Source of the DNA: Tenacibaculum sp.
Lineage (GTDB): Bacteria > Bacteroidota > Bacteroidia > Flavobacteriales > Flavobacteriaceae
Assembly: GCA_042093175.1 (NCBI GenBank)
Contig: JBELFC010000003.1
Coordinates: forward strand, 851-64,850
DNA: 64,000 nucleotides
Reading direction: 5' to 3'
Of the stretch, positions 1-8,407 are shown one piece after another. The translations under genes and the position numbers were made by a program. Each line of letters starts with the position of its first letter. Position 1 is the stretch's first letter. The notes under the pieces were generated by a model. It saw nothing but the letters and a program-made list of their open reading frames with translations, did not search any database and had not been told where the DNA came from.

Positions 1-827
1 TGAGGTATGAGGGCGCGCATCGTTACTTTACAAAAAATGATGATTTTAAAGTTTCGGAATCTTTTTATGATTTTATTAAAGATTTTAATTTTAATGATGA
101 AAAAGCTTATAATTTTTCTAAAGCGTATAGAGCAATAGTGAGATACAATTTCAGTACTGTTGCTTTGGAGAATTCTAAAAAAGAAAATATTTCTTTCTAT
201 ACTGCCGCATTAAAATTAGTTAAACAATATAAGAGTAAGATTATAAGTAACGATTTGTTAAAAGGGCTTTCACGTGATGTGGCAGTTAGTAATGTTGATG
301 CAGTAGAATTGTATAATGGTATTATTGAGCTTTCTACTGATGATGTTTTAAAAGAGAGAATAACAAAAAGATTTAATAAAATTAAAAAATTAATAAAAGG
401 AAATGTTTCACCTGCTTTTGATAATTATGAAAATTATGATGGGGGAACCACCTCTTTAGCTGATTTTAAAGGGAAGTATGTATATATTGATATATGGACT
501 ACTTGGTGTGAACCATGTAAAGAAGAAATTCCTTTTCTAAAGAAAATAGAGAAACAATACCATAATAAAAATATTGAATTTGTAAGTCTTTCTATTGATG
601 TTGAGGAAAACCATGATTTATGGAGAAAAATGATTAAAGAGAAACAATTAGGTGGGGTTCAGTTGATGGCTGATAAAAACTGGAAATCTAAATTTGTTAC
701 TGATTACGATGTTAGTGGAATTCCTCATTTTATTTTAATTAACCCTGCGGGAAATATTGTTAGTTCTTATGCACCAAGACCTTCAGATAAAAAATTAATA
801 GACTTATTTAATGAGTTGAAAATTTAA
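1..827 (+). CDS. TlpA/redoxin-family thiol:disulfide oxidoreductase (5' end outside window)
   Basis: Frame 3 is open from nt 3, so the listed GTG at 138 is probably internal. The C-terminal thioredoxin fold has a WCEPC CxxC motif in the usual YIDIWTTWC context. Confidence 0.8.
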   Translation, partial: RYEGAHRYFTKNDDFKVSESFYDFIKDFNFNDEKAYNFSKAYRAIVRYNFSTVALENSKKENISFYTAALKLVKQYKSKIISNDLLKGLSRDVAVSNVDAVELYNGIIELSTDDVLKERITKRFNKIKKLIKGNVSPAFDNYENYDGGTTSLADFKGKYVYIDIWTTWCEPCKEEIPFLKKIEKQYHNKNIEFVSLSIDVEENHDLWRKMIKEKQLGGVQLMADKNWKSKFVTDYDVSGIPHFILINPAGNIVSSYAPRPSDKKLIDLFNELKI

Positions 828-1076
828 AATTTGTTATTCTTTATATAAGCAAAGACTCTGAAAATTTATTTAGTAAAAAAGAAAACTTTATAAATCTAAG
901 GTAGTTTTGCTACGCTCATACTTGATTGAAAAACGTTCATGTATTTTTTATATAATAATAGTTGATTTATTGTAAATTTAATGAGTTGTGTGTGGTTATG
1001 CTTCGTTTTTATTTTATTATACCAACTAATTAATTTAAAAATCACTCTTTATTAAAAAGAGAAATGAATAAAAAAA

Positions 1077-1850
1077 ATGATAAAATCAAATTCTAATAAG
1101 GAGCCATTTAAAATTGTTGATAGTTCTCAACCCGTAAATGATTTAATAGATAAAGTATATTCTTATTATGATGAAATGCCAATTGCATGGGGAAGGTATT
1201 TTACTACTGGTTATCCTGTGGAGTATTCGCATAATTTAGAGAATAATACCTTACATGAAAATAATATAAAGCTACTACCTATTGCAAGGCATACAAATCA
1301 TGTAGGAGGTTCTTATTCGCAGGGAGTTACAGATGCTAAGCAAGGAGTAAATGATCTTTTTTCTACCTTTACAGTCAATTATTGGAAGTCACAAGGGAGT
1401 GAATTCTTCTTTTTTTTAGATGTTGAAGGAAATGTAAGTGGGAGTAATGGCTCCATATCTGAAGAATATTATAGAGGTTGGTCAGAGACTTTAATTTCCT
1501 ACAGTAAGGAGAAAAGTGAAAATTCTGTAACTATTCTTCCATGTGTTTATGCAAATTATCATGATGATGTTACTTTTTCAATATTAATTAAAGAAAAAAT
1601 GACATGCTATGGTTTATGGATTGCTAGGTATCACAGTTCTCCTGAAAAATGGCCTTCATGGAATGAGAATTTTGCAGTGCCTAAGTTAGTACAAGATTCA
1701 TCAATACCAGTTTTTTTGAGGCAATATGCAAGTGGAGAGCAAGTGAATGAAGAATTTGACCTTGATCAAACGAACCCAAATATTATTGGACTTAAAGAAA
1801 GGTTTTTAGACAAACTGATTCTTCCTCCTTCTGGTAGTGTGCACTTATAA
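1077..1850 (+). CDS. Hypothetical protein, possibly a GH25 / DUF1906 (Rv2525c-like) glycoside-hydrolase-like fold
   Basis: 257-aa ORF with coding-like composition. The FFFLDVEG, WIARY and LRQYAS..FDLDQ motifs resemble GH25/DUF1906 TIM-barrel signatures. The family assignment is tentative. Confidence 0.5.
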   Translation: MIKSNSNKEPFKIVDSSQPVNDLIDKVYSYYDEMPIAWGRYFTTGYPVEYSHNLENNTLHENNIKLLPIARHTNHVGGSYSQGVTDAKQGVNDLFSTFTVNYWKSQGSEFFFFLDVEGNVSGSNGSISEEYYRGWSETLISYSKEKSENSVTILPCVYANYHDDVTFSILIKEKMTCYGLWIARYHSSPEKWPSWNENFAVPKLVQDSSIPVFLRQYASGEQVNEEFDLDQTNPNIIGLKERFLDKLILPPSGSVHL

Positions 1851-1915
1851 AAGAAGAAAGGAGTAATTAATTAACTTAGTAATTTATTTTTTTAGTTTGT
1901 GGAAGAAATGTATAG

Positions 1916-1990
1916 TCGGGATGAGAGGATTCGAACCTCCGATCTCTGGTCCCCCAGACCAGCACTTTAACCGGACTAAGCTACATCCCG
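1916..1990 (-). tRNA. tRNA-Pro (anticodon GGG)
   Basis: The reverse complement folds as a cloverleaf: acceptor stem CGGGATG/CATCCCG, T-arm GGTTCGAATCC, anticodon stem CTGGT/ACCAG and loop CTGGGGG (anticodon GGG, G37). CCA is not encoded. Confidence 0.9.
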
Positions 1991-2136
1991 AATTTAATAT
2001 GATAACTACACAAAGCTAAAAAAAATTCTAGGAAAAATACCTAGAATTTTTATCAAGAATAAATATCATATTTAAGGGTTTTGATAATTAATTATAGCAC
2101 CCTTAATTTTATAACGTGCTTTTTTAAAAAAAAGTA

Positions 2137-2367
2137 TTAGGCCGTTAATGGTTTTCCTTTTAAACGTTTATCTATACGTTGTTTAACAACGGTTAAACGT
2201 TTCATTAAGTCCATTAAGTTACTATCTTTAGTTTCTTTATAAACTTCATTAATTTCTAAAATTAACGCTTTAGCTTCTCTTGAAGCTAATATTCTATCAC
2301 TAGTAGTAACAAATTTGAATTTTCTGGTTTCAAACTCTTCTCCTTTACTAATTAACTCTGAATTCAT
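2137..2367 (-). CDS. Small hypothetical protein (76 aa, helical, charged)
   Basis: The ORF has non-random composition and is followed on its strand by two hairpins (about 2073-2107 and 2017-2050). I recognise no family. Confidence 0.5.
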   Translation of the reverse strand: MNSELISKGEEFETRKFKFVTTSDRILASREAKALILEINEVYKETKDSNLMDLMKRLTVVKQRIDKRLKGKPLTA

Positions 2368-2879
2368 ATTAAGTGCTTCTTTCGTTTTAAATTAAAATAA
2401 TCTTTACAATTTAGGTTTGGTGTTGATTTTAAATTGAAAAAGATATAACTATTATAGTCTATTTAAGACATCTCATAATTTTTTTATAACAATAATTGTA
2501 ATAAAAAACTGGGGGTCAAATATAGCGTTATTTACGGTTTTATATGTTAAAAAACAATCAAAAAATATTATTTTTTTATAAGTTTTTCTTATTTAGAGGG
2601 TAAACTCGTTTTTTTACCACATATAATGCTATAAATTAGTAGGCATTTAACCAAATATAATAAAACTTGTTAATTTTTCAAAAAAGAATTAAATGTTTTT
2701 TTATAAGATTGATAAGTTTTTATGTTCTATCTTGTTTTTTTATGTGAAAAATGTAATAAACCAAGGGTATATGAGTAAATAGCATAAAGAAATTACTAAA
2801 TAGAATAACGCTTTTGTTTAGTAATGTAAATAAGTTAAAAAAATAAGACTTCAATACTTCTTTTATATGTGTAATTATC

Positions 2880-3017
2880 ATGAGCGAAGAAAAAACAACA
2901 ATTTTAGAATGGATATTATATACCTACATGATTATATGTACAGGCATTATAACGGCTTTTTTAATTTCTGATATTTTGGGGTTTGGTAAAATAAGCTGGA
3001 GAATTAACTTTTTTTAA
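2880..3017 (+). CDS. Candidate 45-aa single-pass membrane peptide (below the ORF-track cutoff)
   Basis: ATG at 2880. Translation MSEEKTTILEWILYTYMIICTGIITAFLISDILGFGKISWRINFF has one hydrophobic helix. It is followed 14 nt later by repeat hairpin copy A. It could be a chance ORF in AT-rich DNA. Confidence 0.25.
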   Translation: MSEEKTTILEWILYTYMIICTGIITAFLISDILGFGKISWRINFF

Positions 3018-3030
3018 AAACAGTAGTTAA

Positions 3031-3077
3031 AAGAGAAAAGAAGCCCCCCCACGGAACTTCTTAACTTTTACTATTAA
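3031..3077 (+). repeat. C-loop hairpin repeat, copy A
   Basis: agaaaagaag-CCCCCCC-acggaa-cttctt-aacttttactattaa. Stem AAGAAG/CTTCTT (3038-3043 / 3057-3062) with a C7 run in the loop (3044-3050). Confidence 0.6.
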
Positions 3078-3208
3078 CTATATACTGTTAATGAATGACT
3101 TATTGTTCAAGTCGGATCGAAATAACAAATATTTTTTAAAATGAAGAATACTCAAAAACCCTGAAAATCAACTAAGTAAAAGACATTAGTTTTTTACGTG
3201 AAAAGCGT

Positions 3209-3266
3209 AGAAAAAGAAAAGAAGCAGCCCCCCACGGAATACTTCTTGTTCTTTTTTACTTATTAA
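3209..3266 (+). repeat. C-loop hairpin repeat, copy B
   Basis: agaaaaagaaaagaagcag-CCCCCC-acggaata-cttctt-gttcttttttacttattaa. It has the same architecture and flanks as copy A, about 180 bp downstream. C6 run at 3228-3233. Confidence 0.6.
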
Positions 3267-3527
3267 ATTTTTACTAAAAGTGAATAAATTTTATTTACTA
3301 ATTAAGACTCAAATAAAAATAATAAGTCACATAAATTTTAAAATAAACCTGTAGATTATTTATTAGGTATGTGATTATGGATTGTTTGATGTTTTTAATA
3401 TATATAAAGATTTGACTTGAGTAGATTGTTTTTTTGGAAGGTATTTTATTAAAAAATGTGAGAGAAGCCATTGTAGCATAATTTATCTCTATTATCTTCA
3501 CCAACAATTGAACTTATTAAACATAAA

Positions 3528-4136
3528 TTGATGAAACATTTTTTTGTATTTATTACTTTGATAACAATGCTGTCATGTAATTCTCAAGGAAAAAGAAAAC
3601 AACTTGGTAAAACTGATTTTCAAAAGTCATTAAACTCTAAATTTAAAGATGTTACTACATCTCCATTAACAAAAAAAGGGTTAAAGAGTTTTAAAGGACT
3701 AGATTTTTACCCAGTAAATGAAACTTATAAGGTAATAGCAAAGATAGAGAAGACTCCAGATGCACCTACTTTTAATTTCCCAACAACAACTGATAGGGTA
3801 GCAGTATATGAAAAGTACGGAATAATTACTTTTACAATAGAAAAGAAAGAATTAAAATTAGCTATTTATAAAAATAAATTTTCAACAGAAAAATATAAAA
3901 ATCATTTATTCTTACCTTTCTTAGATAAAACAAATGGAACAACTTCGTATGGGGGAGGAAGATTTATTGATGTATTAACTACCGATGAACAAAAAGACGG
4001 TACTATAGTGATTGATTTTAATAAAGCGTATAATCCATATTGTGCTTATAGTGATAGGTATTCTTGTCCAATAACTCCAAGAGATAATTATTTAGACATA
4101 GAAATAAAAGCAGGAGTAAAAGCTTATAAAAAGTAA
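3528..4136 (+). CDS. DUF1684 domain-containing lipoprotein
   Basis: N-terminal signal with Cys (LSCNSQ). The C-terminal YNPYCAYSDRYSCPITPRDNYLDIEIKAG matches the DUF1684 signature. Confidence 0.8.
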   Translation: MMKHFFVFITLITMLSCNSQGKRKQLGKTDFQKSLNSKFKDVTTSPLTKKGLKSFKGLDFYPVNETYKVIAKIEKTPDAPTFNFPTTTDRVAVYEKYGIITFTIEKKELKLAIYKNKFSTEKYKNHLFLPFLDKTNGTTSYGGGRFIDVLTTDEQKDGTIVIDFNKAYNPYCAYSDRYSCPITPRDNYLDIEIKAGVKAYKK

Positions 4137-4170
4137 AGAAGTTTTAAACTTCTTTACTTTTAGTTTTTTT
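4133..4170. terminator. Bidirectional rho-independent terminator between convergent genes
   Basis: Stem gtaaagaagtt/aacttctttac, followed by a T-run. Confidence 0.7.
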
Positions 4171-4176
4171 ATATAA

Positions 4177-4881
4177 TTATTTAGAAGGAGGAGTTAAACC
4201 TTCTTTTATGTCTTGTTGTATAGCTTTTTCTATATTTTCTAAAGAAGCTTGTCTTACTTTTAGTTTCGTAGCTGCATGTGCTTTAGGGTTTAATTGTGTG
4301 AACATTTCAGCAATTTTAATTGCAGTTGGTAGTAAATGTTCTTGTGGAACAATTTTGTCTAAAAAACCAGCGGAAATAGCATCTTTAGGAGTGTAGATTT
4401 CTGAGTTATTTACACTACGATTAAGAGATACTGGAGTTAAACGAGCTTTTGCAATTTCTACTCCTGCATTATGCATAGTCATTCCAATCATTACTTCATT
4501 TAACCCTATTTTAAAATCACCATCTGTACCTAAACGATAATCAGCGGATAATAATAAAAAAGCTCCTTTTGCTATAGCATGACCGTTACAAGCTATTATA
4601 ATTGGCATAGGGAAAGAAAGCATTCTAAGTGATAATTTTGATCCTTTGGTAACAAGGTCTAGTGCTGATTGAGGAGATGCAGTCATAGATTTTAAATCGT
4701 ACCCTCCTGAGAAAACTCCAGGTTTTCCAGTTAATATAACAATCTTTTTATTGTTTTCGGCTTTATCTAAGCAAAGGTTTAGATTATCAATAACTTCATG
4801 AGAAATAGCATTTACTTTACCGTTATTTAAGGTAATAATTGCATAGTGTTCTTCTTCTTTATACTCTGTTAAATTGGTCAT
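4177..4881 (-). CDS. Enoyl-CoA hydratase/isomerase (crotonase) family protein
   Basis: Crotonase-fold motifs: VILTGKPGVFSGGYDL and IIACNGHAIAKGAFLLLSADYR. Confidence 0.85.
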   Translation of the reverse strand: MTNLTEYKEEEHYAIITLNNGKVNAISHEVIDNLNLCLDKAENNKKIVILTGKPGVFSGGYDLKSMTASPQSALDLVTKGSKLSLRMLSFPMPIIIACNGHAIAKGAFLLLSADYRLGTDGDFKIGLNEVMIGMTMHNAGVEIAKARLTPVSLNRSVNNSEIYTPKDAISAGFLDKIVPQEHLLPTAIKIAEMFTQLNPKAHAATKLKVRQASLENIEKAIQQDIKEGLTPPSK

Positions 4882-4883
4882 TA

Positions 4884-5255
4884 TTATAAAAATTTAGTTA
4901 AAAAGATCCCGCCAAAAACGGCCAAGAATCCAACAATAAAACTAGCTATTGTGTATATGGCAAAGGTTGTAAAATCTCCAGCTTTTAAAAACACATGATT
5001 TTCGTATGCAAAGGTTGAAAATGTAGTAAATCCTCCACAAAAACCTGTAGCTAGTAAAAGCGTATGGTTTTGAGTTAAGGTTTCGTTTTTTGCAGCAAAG
5101 CCTAAAATGATACCAATTAATAAACTACCTAAAATATTAGCAACAAAAGTACCGTAAGGAATACCAGTTTGAGAATTGTTTAAAAGTTTACCTACTAAGT
5201 ATCTTAATACGCTTCCAGTTCCTCCACCTATAAAAATTAATAGCAGTTGTTTCAT
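4884..5255 (-). CDS. crcB: Fluoride ion channel CrcB/FluC
   Basis: 123 aa with four TM segments. Signatures GGGTGSVLRY and GFCGGFTTFSTF. Confidence 0.9.
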   Translation of the reverse strand: MKQLLLIFIGGGTGSVLRYLVGKLLNNSQTGIPYGTFVANILGSLLIGIILGFAAKNETLTQNHTLLLATGFCGGFTTFSTFAYENHVFLKAGDFTTFAIYTIASFIVGFLAVFGGIFLTKFL

Positions 5256-5271
5256 TATATGCGAATATAAT

Positions 5272-5298
5272 AAAACCTCACAAAATCTGTGAGGTTTT
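5272..5298 (-). terminator. Rho-independent terminator downstream of the 5332-6333 gene
   Basis: Stem aaacctcaca/tgtgaggttt, with a U-rich tail on the minus strand. Confidence 0.65.
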
Positions 5299-5331
5299 AA
5301 GTATCTATAAAAAGTTGTTTTAATTTGAATG

Positions 5332-6333
5332 TTATAATTCTACATCATCAGCATCTGTCCAATTCCATTTACCATCAATAATACCTTTTTTAACAGTTAC
5401 TATTCCTGGGTTAGCTCTAATTACAGTTTTTATAGCTTTCTCGTCACAGCTACCAAAAGTGTATGGTAAATTGTACTCTTTTTTGAAAGCGTTTAAAGCG
5501 TCATAGTTTTCTTCGTAAATAACGTCTGCCATCATCATATCTGATGTTAGAACATAAATTTCATAACCACTGCTCTTAGCTTTTGCAGCAACCTTTGAAA
5601 TTTCAAGCATTCCTTCTTTATTAACTTTTTCTGTAGTTGTCATAAGAATTAGCATTGCCTTATCTTTAGAAAGCATTTCTTCTAATTTATCACCATCTAC
5701 TGTACTAATTTCAAAATCATGGATAGGAGGAGCATCATCACTTCCTTCTTGATATTGCATTCCTTGTTCAATATTTGTTCCTATAGCATATGCTCTAAAA
5801 TCAACAATAGGTAAATGGTTTAAAACATAATAAGCAATAAATAAAGAAAGAAAAACAGATACATAAGTAGTTAAAGAAGCTATTTTGTTTGATATTAAGG
5901 GTTTAATGTATTTTATACCTAAAATTAAAATTACAATGAACACCATAAAAACAACATTCTTGTAAAAGGTTTCTTTAGGAGTTAGCTTTATAGCGTCACC
6001 AAAACAACCACAGTCAGTTACTTTGTTGTATGTATAAGAGTACCAAGTTAAAAATAAGAAGATTAAATTTAAACCAAATAAGCTCCAAACAGTAAATTTG
6101 GGTTTAAAGCCAACCAAAAGCATAACACCTAAAACTAATTCAGAAACTATTAAAAGAATGGCAAAAGGCAGAGCAACTGGAATTAAAAATTCTAAATTTA
6201 AAACTCCTTCACTAAAATATTCTTCAAATTTATATTGAGACCCTATTGGGTCAACTAATTTTACAAATCCAGAATAAATAAATAAAAGACCTACTAGTAT
6301 TCTTGAAATATGAGTTAGTAATTTTAATATCAT
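5332..6333 (-). CDS. DoxX/MauE-like membrane protein with C-terminal thioredoxin-like domain (BT_3928-type)
   Basis: N-terminal RILVGLLFIYSGFVKL DoxX motif, several TM segments with a DCGCFG motif, and a soluble C-terminal domain. The position next to DUF1599/folP is typical of Bacteroidota. Confidence 0.7.
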   Translation of the reverse strand: MILKLLTHISRILVGLLFIYSGFVKLVDPIGSQYKFEEYFSEGVLNLEFLIPVALPFAILLIVSELVLGVMLLVGFKPKFTVWSLFGLNLIFLFLTWYSYTYNKVTDCGCFGDAIKLTPKETFYKNVVFMVFIVILILGIKYIKPLISNKIASLTTYVSVFLSLFIAYYVLNHLPIVDFRAYAIGTNIEQGMQYQEGSDDAPPIHDFEISTVDGDKLEEMLSKDKAMLILMTTTEKVNKEGMLEISKVAAKAKSSGYEIYVLTSDMMMADVIYEENYDALNAFKKEYNLPYTFGSCDEKAIKTVIRANPGIVTVKKGIIDGKWNWTDADDVEL

Positions 6334-6357
6334 AATTAAGGGTGTTTTTTAATATTG

Positions 6358-6903
6358 TTAACTGTCTAATTCTGAGTGATGAATTAAAGCAAAAATAGCA
6401 TAATTTATCATATCTTGATAATTTGCATCAATTCCTTCAGAAACTAATGTTTTTCCTTCATTATCTTCAATCTGTTTTACTCGAAGTAATTTTTGTAAAA
6501 TCAAATCTGTTAATGATGAAATACGCATATCTCTCCAAGCTTCACCATAATCATGATTTTTATTTTCCATTAATTCTTTAGTAATGCTTGAATGTTTATC
6601 GTATAGTTCACTAGCTTTTTCAGTAGATAAATCTGGTTGATCAACAATACCTAGCTCTAATTGAATTAAAGCCATGATAGAGTAATTTATAATTCCTATA
6701 AATTCAGATTTTTCTCCTTCATCAACTTTACGAACAGTATTTTCTTGTAATTGACGTATACGTTGTGCTTTAATAAAAATTTGATCTGTAAGAGAAGGCA
6801 ATCTTAAAATTCTCCAAGCACTGCCATAGTCAGACATTTTTTTTACAAATAAACTTCTACATTCATCAATGACTAAGTCGTACTGTTTTGAGGTATTTTG
6901 CAT
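6358..6903 (-). CDS. DUF1599 domain-containing protein
   Basis: Two internal repeats of the DYG.AWR...SLTD.I..K..R motif. I prefer the internal start MQNTSKQ at 6903 over the 14-aa hydrophobic extension reaching 6945. Confidence 0.8.
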   Translation of the reverse strand: MQNTSKQYDLVIDECRSLFVKKMSDYGSAWRILRLPSLTDQIFIKAQRIRQLQENTVRKVDEGEKSEFIGIINYSIMALIQLELGIVDQPDLSTEKASELYDKHSSITKELMENKNHDYGEAWRDMRISSLTDLILQKLLRVKQIEDNEGKTLVSEGIDANYQDMINYAIFALIHHSELDS

Positions 6904-6987
6904 TTTTTGTTTTCTGAAATAATAAGGTAAAAATAATAAAACCATTAGGTTTTCCTTTATTTTTACCTAATAATTTATTTTTAGAGT

Positions 6988-7575
6988 ATGAAATTAAATA
7001 ACATTGTTGTTTTTTGTGGTTCTAGTCTGGGCTTCAATGAAGTCTATAAAAATGTTGCAATTAATTTAGGTAGTTATTTTGCGAAAAATAATATTACACT
7101 AGTTTATGGAGGAGGAAAAATAGGAATGATGGGAGCTATAGCCAGTGAAATTATTGAAAAAAGCGGTGAGGTTATAGGAGTCATTCCTGATTTGTTAAAG
7201 AAAGAAGAAGTAGTACATTCCAGTATTTCGAAGATTATTGTTACTAAAACGATGAGTGAACGTAAAGTAATAATGAGTAAAATGATTGATGGTTATATAA
7301 CATTGCCAGGAGGTTTTGGTACTTTAGATGAGCTTTTTGAAGCGTTAACATTACAACAGTTGCATATTGAACAAAAACCTGTAGGAGTATTAAATGTGAA
7401 CGGTTTTTTTGATGCTACAATTAAACAGTTAGATCTTATGGTTAAAGAAGGGTTTTTAAAACCTGAAAATAGAGCTTTATTATTGGTTGATAATTCGATA
7501 GAGGGGTTAATGGAGAAAATGAAAAATTATACAGCTCCTGAAAAAACACATGTAATTAATAAAGTTGTAAGCTAA
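6988..7575 (+). CDS. LOG-family (TIGR00730) cytokinin riboside 5'-monophosphate phosphoribohydrolase-like protein
   Basis: GGGKIGMMG and PGGFGTLDELFE motifs. Confidence 0.85.
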   Translation: MKLNNIVVFCGSSLGFNEVYKNVAINLGSYFAKNNITLVYGGGKIGMMGAIASEIIEKSGEVIGVIPDLLKKEEVVHSSISKIIVTKTMSERKVIMSKMIDGYITLPGGFGTLDELFEALTLQQLHIEQKPVGVLNVNGFFDATIKQLDLMVKEGFLKPENRALLLVDNSIEGLMEKMKNYTAPEKTHVINKVVS

Positions 7576-8394
7576 ATGACAATTAATTGTAAAGGAAATT
7601 TAATAGACTTATCATCTCCAAAAGTTATGGGGATTTTAAATATTACTCCTGATTCATTTTTTGATGGAGGTAAGTATGAATCAAAGAAAGAGGTATTGCA
7701 ACAGGTAGATAAAATGTTGAATGAAGGTGCTACTTTTATTGATGTAGGGGCCTATTCATCTCGACCAGGAGCAAAGCATATTTCTGAAGAAGATGAGCTA
7801 CAACGAATTGTACCAATAATAGAGTTGTTAACGAAAGAATTCCCTGAAATTCTTATTTCAATTGATACTTTTAGGAGCAAAGTAGCTGAAGAAACAGTTT
7901 TGGCAGGAGGTGCAATTATCAATGATATTTCAGGAGGTACAATAGATGCTAATATGTTTGCAACAATAGCTAAATTACAAGTGCCTTACATAATAATGCA
8001 CATGCAAGGTACTCCACAAAATATGCAAACTAATCCGCAGTATGATGATGTAGTAAAAGAAGTGATTTCATTTTTTGCTGCACAGCTTTTTAAACTTAAA
8101 GAAGAAAAAGTGAATGATGTTATTATTGATGTTGGTTTTGGTTTTGGAAAAACAATAGCTCATAATTTTGAATTATTAAAAAAATTAGAATTGTTTAAAA
8201 GCTTAGATACACCTATTTTAACAGGAGTTTCTAGAAAATCTATGCTATATAAAACCATAGATTGTTCAGCCAAAGAGGCATTAAACGCTACTACAGTGGC
8301 GAATACAGTTGCCTTAATGAATGGGACACATATATTGCGTGTTCATGATGTAAAAGAAGCTGTAGAAGCTGTCACTATTTTTAATCAGTTGTAA
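7576..8394 (+). CDS. folP: Dihydropteroate synthase
   Basis: Pterin-binding domain motifs GILNITPDSFFDGG, IIDVGFGFGK and LRVHDV. The start abuts the stop of the upstream gene. Confidence 0.9.
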   Translation: MTINCKGNLIDLSSPKVMGILNITPDSFFDGGKYESKKEVLQQVDKMLNEGATFIDVGAYSSRPGAKHISEEDELQRIVPIIELLTKEFPEILISIDTFRSKVAEETVLAGGAIINDISGGTIDANMFATIAKLQVPYIIMHMQGTPQNMQTNPQYDDVVKEVISFFAAQLFKLKEEKVNDVIIDVGFGFGKTIAHNFELLKKLELFKSLDTPILTGVSRKSMLYKTIDCSAKEALNATTVANTVALMNGTHILRVHDVKEAVEAVTIFNQL

Positions 8395-8407
8395 AAGAAT
8401 AAATGAA

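Noticed and set aside
830-2400. Integrated mobile element at tRNA-Pro(GGG)
   Set aside because: The window contains no integrase, excisionase or transposase ORF and no direct repeat of the tRNA 3' end. I retained only a low-interest note about a possible decayed islet.
3298-3507. 69-aa minus-strand ORF in the large AT-rich gap
   Set aside because: The composition (I/N/K/Y/F-rich, MLVKIIEINY...YFYLSLN) is what random AT-rich DNA encodes, with no recognisable motif. I treat it as non-coding, although a transcript ending at hairpin copy B cannot be excluded.
2368-3527. Replication origin (oriC) in the AT-rich gap
   Set aside because: There is no cluster of DnaA boxes. Only one weak TTTACCACA-like site is present, and there are no dnaA/dnaN neighbours.
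4208-4396. Antisense or overlapping short ORFs inside well-supported genes. Other examples: 12242-12505, 13385-13570, 16163-16558, 16812-17240, 21148-21357, 22892-23086, 24792-25397, 26194-26499, 29911-30428, 33208-33525, 37430-37636, 38788-38976, 39862-40068, 40758-40952, 44142-44348, 46983-47168, 48210-48422, 49171-49365, 51209-52138, 52639-53784, 55027-55224, 58794-59129 and 60573-60836
   Set aside because: Each lies entirely or mostly within a longer ORF on the opposite strand or in another frame that has clear family motifs. Their sequences lack motifs and look like frame shadows.
5256-5331. Possible fluoride riboswitch upstream of crcB
   Set aside because: The 76-nt spacer contains only the terminator hairpin of the upstream gene. 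I could not find the conserved crcB-motif pseudoknot elements.
6904-6945. 14-codon N-terminal extension of the DUF1599 ORF
   Set aside because: The extension (MVLLFLPYYFRKQK) is not part of the family as I know it, and the internal Met gives a typical length. I annotated the shorter form.
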